Part shown: positions 1-5,531 of the stretch, piece after piece
How positions within the stretch are numbered: the first letter of the stretch is position 1
How the letters are laid out: each line of letters starts with the position of its first letter
Source: a virus
Lineage: Duplodnaviria > Heunggongvirae > Uroviricota > Caudoviricetes
Length of the DNA: 5,531 nt
Virus record (IMG/VR): IMGVR_UViG_3300029212_000224
Strand: one strand, 5' to 3'
Program-made: the position numbers and the translations under genes
Notes under the pieces: generated by a model
The model's input: only the letters and a program-made list of their open reading frames with translations
What the model was told of the DNA's origin: nothing
Databases searched by the model: none

Positions 1-19
1 CTATTTGATAAATATTAAA

Positions 20-1315
20 TTAATTTTTCATTGCTTCGTTATGGGGCATGGTTGGGGCAAACTCGCTTAACTGTGTATTTAACAAAGCTACCTGTGCATT
101 ATTGTTTTCAGACATCCATTTTCCGTATACCTGAAATACCATTTGCGCATCTGCATGGCCCATCTGGTTTGCTATAAATGCCGGGTTAGCACCAGCTGTC
201 AGCGACCAGCAGGCATAAGTATGTCTCGACTGATATGATTTTCGATGGCGGAGTCCGGCACGTTTTATCGCTGCGTCCCACATCTGCCTTATTGAGTCAA
301 CGGTAAAATGGTCACCATAATTTTTTACTCTCGCTGACACTTCAGGTTGAAAAACAAAGGTGCATTTTTGTTTTTCTGTTCTGCCATACTCTCTGAGGTG
401 AACATCAATGATATGCTCTTTGCTCAGTCTCGTTAATGTCATCTGACTCCGGAGAGCGTCGATTGCTGGCTTAATAAGATGAATGACCCGATTGGTTCCC
501 GCCTGTGTTTTTGGTACCGTGAAACGGTCTTTTGCTAAATTTCTCCTGATCATCATTGTTCCATTTTTCAGATCTATGTCCTCCCATCCAAGTGCACACA
601 GCTCACCAGGGCGAACGCCAGTATAAACAGAAACACACCATAAATTTTTTGCTTGCTGATTTCTGCACGCATCGATAAGACGGATAAATTCCTCCCGCGA
701 AAGAGGATCCGGAATGGTTCTTGATTCCTTTAATGGCGAGATCCCCTTAAACGGATTATCTGCCAGGTAACCGTTATCAACACCAAACTGGAACACGGCG
801 TTAAGATTTGTTATGTAATTATTTACAGTTACAGCCGATCTCCCTGGTTGTGTAACAATATAGTTACTTTTGGGGATCTGGTATCCAGTCAGTAGCTCTT
901 TACGAACCTCCAGTAATTTTTCTTTATTAATCGATGAGGCAAGATTTTTTTCACCGATTATGCTCAGGATATTTTTGATGACGGCACGGTATGTGTTGAG
1001 TGATGTTTTGGCGACTTCAGTTTCTTTCAGTGCCAAAAATTTTTCAGCCAGTTCTTTTATGGTTAAATCTTGTCGGGCCTCACCAAATTTTTCCAGATTG
1101 CGTGAGGAGGGAAACTGTTTTGCATAGTCGAAAACACCAGTTTTTATTGCGTAACAAACAGAGGAGCGTAGTTCACCTGCAACGCGCCTGTTTTTTGATG
1201 TGTCAGGAACCCCCAGATTTTCCCTGACTCTTACGCCTTTATAAACAAACCAGATACGTAATTTCCCTCCATGGTTTTCCACGCCTGTCGGATATTTCAT
1301 TTCAACTTCTCTCAT
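20..1315 (-). CDS. int: phage-type tyrosine integrase (site-specific recombinase)
   Basis: 431-aa ORF. N-terminus (MKYPTGVENHGGKLRIWFVYKGVRVRENLG) looks like an integrase arm-binding domain. C-terminal catalytic region has GVRPGE (Arg box), SRHTYACW (H/R box) and MGHADAQMVFQVYGKW with the putative catalytic Tyr at nt 125-127. The start may be the second ATG at 1298-1300 (MKYPTG...), which has a purine-rich GAGAAG stretch upstream; the first ATG at 1313-1315 has no obvious SD. Confidence 0.9.
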   Translation of the reverse strand: MREVEMKYPTGVENHGGKLRIWFVYKGVRVRENLGVPDTSKNRRVAGELRSSVCYAIKTGVFDYAKQFPSSRNLEKFGEARQDLTIKELAEKFLALKETEVAKTSLNTYRAVIKNILSIIGEKNLASSINKEKLLEVRKELLTGYQIPKSNYIVTQPGRSAVTVNNYITNLNAVFQFGVDNGYLADNPFKGISPLKESRTIPDPLSREEFIRLIDACRNQQAKNLWCVSVYTGVRPGELCALGWEDIDLKNGTMMIRRNLAKDRFTVPKTQAGTNRVIHLIKPAIDALRSQMTLTRLSKEHIIDVHLREYGRTEKQKCTFVFQPEVSARVKNYGDHFTVDSIRQMWDAAIKRAGLRHRKSYQSRHTYACWSLTAGANPAFIANQMGHADAQMVFQVYGKWMSENNNAQVALLNTQLSEFAPTMPHNEAMKN

Positions 1316-1334
1316 TAGTTAGTGTGGCTTTTAG

Positions 1335-1586
1335 TCAAGTAAGATGACGTCTTGGTCTCGCTGATGCCTGGCGCTCAATCCAGCGATCAATTTCTTCCAG
1401 GTTGTAAAAGCATGGACTGTTATCCCATGGCATACCGTCATGAGCGACATGCTTATATTCCCTTCCTTCCATAAACGATTTTTCCCGGGCCTTTTTTAAC
1501 GTACCTTTTTTTATTCCTTTCAGCGCAATTAACTGCTCTTCGGATACCCATTTGCCGGGAGAGACAATCATGATTACTTCGCTCAT
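1335..1586 (-). CDS. xis: excisionase-like small DNA-binding protein (Xis-like)
   Basis: 83-aa ORF immediately upstream of int on the same strand, 19-nt gap, the classic xis-int arrangement. Contains a GREY motif (MEGREYKHVAHDG) reminiscent of lambda Xis (DGREYLF). AAGAGATAAAGAAA purine-rich region precedes the ATG. Assignment is by context and motif only. Confidence 0.7.
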   Translation of the reverse strand: MSEVIMIVSPGKWVSEEQLIALKGIKKGTLKKAREKSFMEGREYKHVAHDGMPWDNSPCFYNLEEIDRWIERQASARPRRHLT

Positions 1587-1615
1587 CGATTTCTTTATCT
1601 CTTACATCAGACGAG

Positions 1616-1647
1616 CGCCGGTTGCAGAATACCAGTCACAACCGGCG
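1616..1647 (-). other. perfect 9-bp inverted repeat (stem-loop) between the exonuclease gene and xis
   Basis: CGCCGGTTG (1616-1624) and CAACCGGCG (1639-1647) separated by a 14-nt loop, lying 11 nt after the exonuclease stop codon and 29 nt before the xis start. No U-tract follows on the transcribed strand, so it is not a canonical intrinsic terminator. Confidence 0.4.
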
Positions 1648-1658
1648 ACAGTTGAACA

Positions 1659-3728
1659 TTAAGAATCAGCCTGACTCGGGATCAGTTTTTGCCAGATAAC
1701 TGAAACGTATTTTGCCTGGTAACGGGCGTCATCAAGTGCATTATGGCGCTCACCTTCGAATGGAATAGCCGTTCTGGCATCGAAGTCTATGGCTTTCCCC
1801 AGCTCAACGATTGTGCGTACATCGCGATCGTTGTAGTAACGCCACGGGCAGGGGATCCCCTGCCGTTCGTATGAACGGCGCAAAATCGTGTTGTCGAAGT
1901 TGGCTCCATTTCCCCAAACCTGAACAAAAAATTCACCGGAGTTTTCGTCGATAAATTCCCGCAATTGTAACAGTGCATCATCTAACGGGATTTCATCGGT
2001 CATAATGGCAGATTGCGCTTCGCGTGATTGCTTAAGCCACCATTTAATGGTGTCCCGATCAATGACTCCGCCAGCAGTTTCCAGATCGATAGTCTTACTA
2101 AATTCCGGTCCCATATCTCCGGTTTGCGGATCGAAAAATATTGCACCTATTGAGATGATCGGGGCATCAGGATTTTTTCCCATGGTTTCAAGGTCGATCA
2201 TTAGATGGTCACACGTCCTGCTGGTGGATGTGATTTCGTGATGACCGTTCACCTTAATTGGGTGATCTGCCGTCTCGCCAGTTTCATTATCGCTATTGTG
2301 ATGCTGATTGCCGCCAGTGTTCTCCTTGTGTGGATGTTCAGCGCCTTCCATTTCCTCCGGATCATCTTCCTGAACTTCAACCTGATACTCTTCATCGAAT
2401 GTTTCTTGGTATGTTGCGTCGCCCATCACCGCGCCACAATCAGGGCAGTTGCCGCCGCCGGTCTGACCGCAGGCGGTGCAGGCTTTTTCCACTTCCTGTT
2501 GCGCCACTGGTTCAGGCTGTTTCGTTTCTGGCTCGTTTTGTAACGCATTTGGACTGTTTTGTTCCGCTTTTTGGTAGTTCCGTTCCGATTCATGCTGGTT
2601 CTGGTTCACAGAATCGCGGGTCTGGATCCCCTTAACCCATTTCGGATCATTCGGGTCACTAATCCCTTCAACAAATTCACCACGTGATGCAGCAAGCAAC
2701 TTATCGGCGTCAGGCTGGCTGATATTGGCTGCCTGCATAATTTTGTTTACTTCGTCAGCGGTAACTTTTATCGGCTCTGGTTGTTCTGAATCTTCAGCGG
2801 TATCTACATTTTGCGGTAAGCCCGTGTATGTGCCATTTTTTCGGGCAAAATATTCTTCTTTTGTGATTTCAGTGGCGCCAGCAGCCAGTGCCTTATCCAG
2901 ACCAGAAAGTTTGTTTGCGCGACCGTATTTTTCTCCGTCCTTATCTGCGAAGAGGAAATAGAACGGCCCCTCACGCTCTACAGATGGTTCAGCTTCCGGC
3001 GCGGTTTCATTTTTTGGGATATCAGATACCTCAGTTTCCACTGCATCAGTTTGTGTTTCTGATGACTGGAGAACAGCAACAGTGCCCAGGTCTGTTTCTT
3101 CATTCTCAAACACGCCCTTTGTCGTCAGGTATTCGCAGATATATTTGTTCAGTGCTACGGGATCTTTGTGAATGTCGATCGGACGCTCACGGACAAGGCC
3201 AAAAATAGTTTGGCGGTCGTAGCGAAGGGCATCAGGCTGTTTGCGTATTGATGCCGAGATACGCTTCCAGTCTTCGCGGTCGTTGTCGATAACTTCTTTT
3301 TTTGCCCAGCGATGGATGCTGCCGTCAATGTTTCCGGCATCCACATCACCAGGGCAGAGAGCGTAGGCCAGTTCGTCATCCAGTGTTTTCCATGTCTGCT
3401 TGTATTCGCGATGAATGGCAGCAATGACCGAGCTGATTTTTCCTGTTGAATTTTCAGTGTACTGTTGATTGGCTCTGGCGCGGGCGAGATCAACAACAGA
3501 CGTGTATTTTCCGGTTTCCTTGCGTTCACCTTCGCGACGTTTTTTCCAGATGCGCATCTCTGCCTGAATTTCGGGCCATTTAGCACCAGGAATACATTTA
3601 TGCTTAACCCACCCAATGGCGTGCAACTTAAGCTCCGGATACATGGCGTTAACTTCTGGCATTTTCATCAACGCTTCAACGATATGTCCGTCGAATGTTG
3701 CCATGTCTTTGAAAGAGCGCCCGAACAT
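1659..3728 (-). CDS. multidomain protein with C-terminal DEDDh (DnaQ-like) 3'-5' exonuclease domain; of the kind often annotated as exodeoxyribonuclease VIII-like in prophages
   Basis: 689-aa ORF. C-terminal domain (about aa 505-689, nt 1662-2216) carries the full DEDDh motif set: MIDLETMG (D512, E514), GNGANFDNTIL (D612), ERHNALDDARY (H662, D667). A CxxC-x7-CxxC zinc-ribbon-like motif (CTACGQTGGGNCPDC) lies at nt 2436-2480, flanked by acidic low-complexity linkers. Start is uncertain: no SD before the first ATG (3726-3728), and an in-frame stop sits 3 codons upstream (3735-3737). Confidence 0.8.
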   Translation of the reverse strand: MFGRSFKDMATFDGHIVEALMKMPEVNAMYPELKLHAIGWVKHKCIPGAKWPEIQAEMRIWKKRREGERKETGKYTSVVDLARARANQQYTENSTGKISSVIAAIHREYKQTWKTLDDELAYALCPGDVDAGNIDGSIHRWAKKEVIDNDREDWKRISASIRKQPDALRYDRQTIFGLVRERPIDIHKDPVALNKYICEYLTTKGVFENEETDLGTVAVLQSSETQTDAVETEVSDIPKNETAPEAEPSVEREGPFYFLFADKDGEKYGRANKLSGLDKALAAGATEITKEEYFARKNGTYTGLPQNVDTAEDSEQPEPIKVTADEVNKIMQAANISQPDADKLLAASRGEFVEGISDPNDPKWVKGIQTRDSVNQNQHESERNYQKAEQNSPNALQNEPETKQPEPVAQQEVEKACTACGQTGGGNCPDCGAVMGDATYQETFDEEYQVEVQEDDPEEMEGAEHPHKENTGGNQHHNSDNETGETADHPIKVNGHHEITSTSRTCDHLMIDLETMGKNPDAPIISIGAIFFDPQTGDMGPEFSKTIDLETAGGVIDRDTIKWWLKQSREAQSAIMTDEIPLDDALLQLREFIDENSGEFFVQVWGNGANFDNTILRRSYERQGIPCPWRYYNDRDVRTIVELGKAIDFDARTAIPFEGERHNALDDARYQAKYVSVIWQKLIPSQADS

Positions 3729-4122
3729 CGATGTTCAGCGTGTCACAGATGAAGGTGGCGCGGTTGATCAGCGAGCGCTTGGCGTTAATCGAGTGAAGAT
3801 ATTCGAACGCTGGAAGGCTATCGACACTAGGGATAAGCGTGAAAAGTTCACGGCGCTAGTGCCTGCAATTATGGAGGCTATCCGGATTAATGATTTCAGG
3901 TTGTATCGTGAAATTAGTGACGGAAAAAGCATCACGTACATGATCGCCGGGTTAAACAAAGAATATGGCGATGTGGTGGAGTCCGGACTGCTTTTTGCTG
4001 ATCCTGCCGTAGTGGATCGTGAAACTGACGAACTTATAGAAAAAGCAATTGCTTTCAAACTTGCGTATCGACAGCAATACCAACAAAAAGCTGGATGGAA
4101 TTATGAGCCTTCTTTTTGCTGA
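3703..4122 (+). CDS. hypothetical protein, start uncertain, possibly 5'-truncated
   Basis: Protein-like composition from about 3703 onward (SLKERPNIDVQRVTDEGGAVDQRALGVNRVKIFERWKAIDTRDK...). The tracked ORF begins at 3616, but 3616-3702 overlaps the opposite-strand exonuclease gene and translates to an antisense-looking, Ser/hydrophobic-rich peptide. No SD at any candidate start (ATG 3616, 3703, 3871; GTG 3793). The 3' end overlaps the next gene by 20 nt, which suggests translational coupling. No recognisable family. Confidence 0.45.
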   Translation: MSLKERPNIDVQRVTDEGGAVDQRALGVNRVKIFERWKAIDTRDKREKFTALVPAIMEAIRINDFRLYREISDGKSITYMIAGLNKEYGDVVESGLLFADPAVVDRETDELIEKAIAFKLAYRQQYQQKAGWNYEPSFC

Positions 4123-5068
4123 ACGCCCACTGGTTATAAACACACAGCTTGCGATGAAGATTGGCTTAAATGAAGCCATTGTGTTGCAGCAGTTGCATTA
4201 CTGGTTGAGAGATACCAATTCCGGCATGGAATGTGATGGTGTTCGCTGGATTTACAACACAACGGAACAATGGCTGGAACAGTTCCCATTCTGGTCAGAG
4301 TCAACGTTAAAGCGCGCGTTTGCAAGTCTGAAAACGCTGGGGCTTTTGCGTTGTGAAAAGCTCAATAAATCAAAGCGCGATATGACCAATTTCTACACGA
4401 TCAACTATGGGAGCGAGCTTTTAGATGGTGGCAAATTGAACGAATCCATCGGTTCAAAATGCGCCGCTCCATCAGGTCAAAATGACACGATGGAAGAGGT
4501 CAAAATGAAACGCTCCATTGGTTCAAAACGACCCAATGTCATCGGGTCAAAATGGCCTGATGATCTTACAGAGAATACAACAGAGATTACTACAGAGAAT
4601 AAAAACACTTTTCGTCCGGAAGCTTCGCAACCGGACCCGCAGACCGCTGAACAGGATTTTTTAACCCGGAACCCCGACGCGGTTGTGTTTAGTGCGAAAA
4701 AACGCCAGTGGGGTAGCAGGGAGGATTTGGCGTGTGCGCAGTGGATTTGGGGGCGGATCGTGAACCTTTACGAACAGGCTGCCAGCGACGATGGAGAGAT
4801 CATGCGACCAAAAGAGCCTAACTGGACAGCCTGGGCCAATGACGTGCGCACAATGCGGATGCTGGATGGCAGAAGCCACAGACAAATTTGCGAAATGTTT
4901 GGTCGGGTACAGCGAGATCCATTCTGGGTAAAAAACATCATGAGCCCGTCAAAACTCCGCGAAAAATGGGACGAACTGGTCATCCGCTTGGGACGTTCAC
5001 CTGTACAGCGTTGTGTGAATCATATTTCTGAACCGGATACAGAAATTCCGCCTGGTTTCAGGGGATAA
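4103..5068 (+). CDS. phage replication initiator: N-terminal winged-helix DNA-binding domain plus C-terminal DnaT-like (primosomal protein I-like) domain
   Basis: Tracked ORF starts at a TTG (4049); the first ATG at 4103 (MSLLFAERPLVINTQLAMKIGLNEAIVLQQLHYWL...) is the more likely start. The N-terminal region resembles origin-binding domains of phage initiators. The C-terminus ends ...VNHISEPDTEIPPGFRG, which matches my recollection of the E. coli DnaT C-terminus (...SEPDSQIPPGFRG). A direct-repeat array lies in the interdomain linker, as in lambda O. Confidence 0.8.
   Translation: MSLLFAERPLVINTQLAMKIGLNEAIVLQQLHYWLRDTNSGMECDGVRWIYNTTEQWLEQFPFWSESTLKRAFASLKTLGLLRCEKLNKSKRDMTNFYTINYGSELLDGGKLNESIGSKCAAPSGQNDTMEEVKMKRSIGSKRPNVIGSKWPDDLTENTTEITTENKNTFRPEASQPDPQTAEQDFLTRNPDAVVFSAKKRQWGSREDLACAQWIWGRIVNLYEQAASDDGEIMRPKEPNWTAWANDVRTMRMLDGRSHRQICEMFGRVQRDPFWVKNIMSPSKLREKWDELVIRLGRSPVQRCVNHISEPDTEIPPGFRG
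4446..4554. repeat. candidate replication-origin iteron array (5 direct repeats, 23-bp period)
   Basis: Direct repeats with core GGT(T)CAAAA(T/C)G at 4448-4461, 4471-4484, 4494-4507, 4517-4530 and 4541-4554; spacing 23, 23, 23, 24 bp. A degenerate sixth copy may lie at about 4424-4437 (GATGGTGGCAAATTG). The repeats fall in different reading frames of the host ORF (IGSK / SGQN / EVKM), so conservation is at the DNA level. Confidence 0.6.
4566..4606. repeat. A-rich ACAGAGA(A/T)T triple repeat, possible DNA-unwinding element next to the iterons
   Basis: ACAGAGA at 4568-4574, 4580-4586 and 4592-4598 (12-bp period), followed by AATAAAAACA. It sits immediately 3' of the iteron array, mirroring the iterons-then-AT-rich layout of lambda ori. 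It is in frame (encodes TENTTEITTENKN), so a protein-level repeat cannot be excluded. Confidence 0.4.
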
Positions 5069-5096
5069 GTGTTGATTTCAGGTCATGAGGTAATTT

Positions 5097-5103
5097 TAAG
5101 GAG
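5097..5103 (+). promoter_or_regulatory. Shine-Dalgarno sequence for the 5109 ORF
   Basis: AAGGAGG located 5 nt upstream of the GTG start at 5109. Confidence 0.65.
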
Positions 5104-5108
5104 GACTT

Positions 5109-5531
5109 GTGGCAAAAGTTTTTACACAGGAAGAGCGGGAAAAAATTAAAGAGCAGGTGGTCGAACTTGTGCGCCAGAGCGGTCGCGAGACATTACGACA
5201 GTTGGAAGCTAAAACAGGTGCGACAAGATATCTGATGAGCATTCTTGCCAGAGAGCTGGTTGCCAGTGGTTATGTATACAACTCCGGCTACGGGTTATTC
5301 CCGTCTGAACAGGCACGAAAGGACTGGCAAAATGCCCGCAAAAAACTCTCTAGGGCGAAGGTGAAGAAACCCGCTGTGGTTGATCCGGACCTTATCTGGT
5401 CACTACCTGATGGAGAAATACGTCGCTACGACAGTCGTCTAAACATAATCTGTCGCGAGTGCCGGAAGAGCGAAGTTATGCAGCGCATATTGTCGTTTTA
5501 TCAGGGAAATGTTCGGTATCTATTTAAGTGA
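5109..5531 (+). CDS. hypothetical small protein with putative winged-helix N-terminus
   Basis: 140-aa ORF with GTG start at 5109, preceded by a canonical AAGGAGG SD at 5097-5103 (5-nt spacer). N-terminal segment RETLRQLEAKTGATRYLMSILARELVASGYV has HTH-like character, followed by a basic stretch (ARKKLSRAKVKKP). Stop codon TGA at 5529-5531 is the last codon of the window. Not a DnaC or P-type helicase loader (no Walker A). Confidence 0.7.
   Translation: MAKVFTQEEREKIKEQVVELVRQSGRETLRQLEAKTGATRYLMSILARELVASGYVYNSGYGLFPSEQARKDWQNARKKLSRAKVKKPAVVDPDLIWSLPDGEIRRYDSRLNIICRECRKSEVMQRILSFYQGNVRYLFK

Noticed and set aside
870-1227. Plus-strand ORFs 870-1127 and 1000-1227 (85 and 75 aa)
   Set aside because: They lie entirely inside the integrase gene on the opposite strand, have Ser/Leu/Phe-rich antisense-like composition and no SD; they are shadow ORFs.
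1616-1647. Calling the exonuclease-xis hairpin a Rho-independent terminator
   Set aside because: There is no U-tract downstream of the stem on the transcribed (minus) strand, and xis-int need read-through from upstream, so it is kept as a generic stem-loop.
2220-2227. Chi site GCTGGTGG on the plus strand
   Set aside because: A single Chi octamer in 5.5 kb of enterobacterial-type DNA is within chance expectation; it is noted only because it lies in a recombination gene.
1787-3616. ORFs nested in the exonuclease gene: plus-strand 2005-2241, 2205-2543, 2258-2635, 2725-2961, 2888-3208, and minus-strand alternate-frame 1787-1981 and 3155-3616
   Set aside because: All are fully contained within the 689-aa ORF, with Cys/Arg/Pro/Ser-rich low-complexity translations typical of out-of-frame or antisense reading of coding DNA; none has a convincing start signal.
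3768-4325. Minus-strand ORFs 3768-4058, 3952-4179 and 4134-4325
   Set aside because: They are antisense to the better-supported plus-strand ORFs and have Ser-rich or hydrophobic, non-globular translations; likely shadow ORFs.
4446-4554. Reading the IGSK / GSK recurrences in the initiator as a protein-level tandem repeat
   Set aside because: The nucleotide repeat is better conserved than the peptide and occurs in different codon phases (IGSK, SGQND, EEVKMK), which argues for selection on the DNA as iterons rather than on the protein.
4661-4983. Minus-strand ORFs 4661-4885 and 4768-4983
   Set aside because: They are antisense to the DnaT-like C-terminal domain region of the initiator gene, whose plus-strand reading is clearly protein-like.
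1-5531. CRISPR arrays, tRNA or rRNA genes, and IS elements
   Set aside because: No repeat-spacer periodicity beyond the iteron block, no tRNA-like cloverleaf candidates, and no transposase-like ORFs or terminal inverted repeats were seen. The 19 nt downstream of int are too short to assess an att site.

Overview
The window reads as the left end of an integrated lambdoid-type prophage or prophage remnant from an enterobacterial-like genome. On the minus strand it carries an operon of an exonuclease-domain protein, an excisionase-like protein and a tyrosine integrase. On the plus strand it carries a replication module: a small ORF with an uncertain start, a replication initiator whose C-terminus resembles host DnaT, and a small protein with a winged-helix-like N-terminus. 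The strongest non-coding signal is a candidate replication origin inside the initiator gene, made of five direct repeats at a 23-bp period followed by an A-rich repeat block. The two operons meet head-to-head near 3700-3740 with overlapping ORFs, no intergenic promoter region, and no immunity or annealase genes, which suggests a deletion junction or a stripped-down integrative replicon. All family assignments come from reading motifs in the translations; no database search was run.
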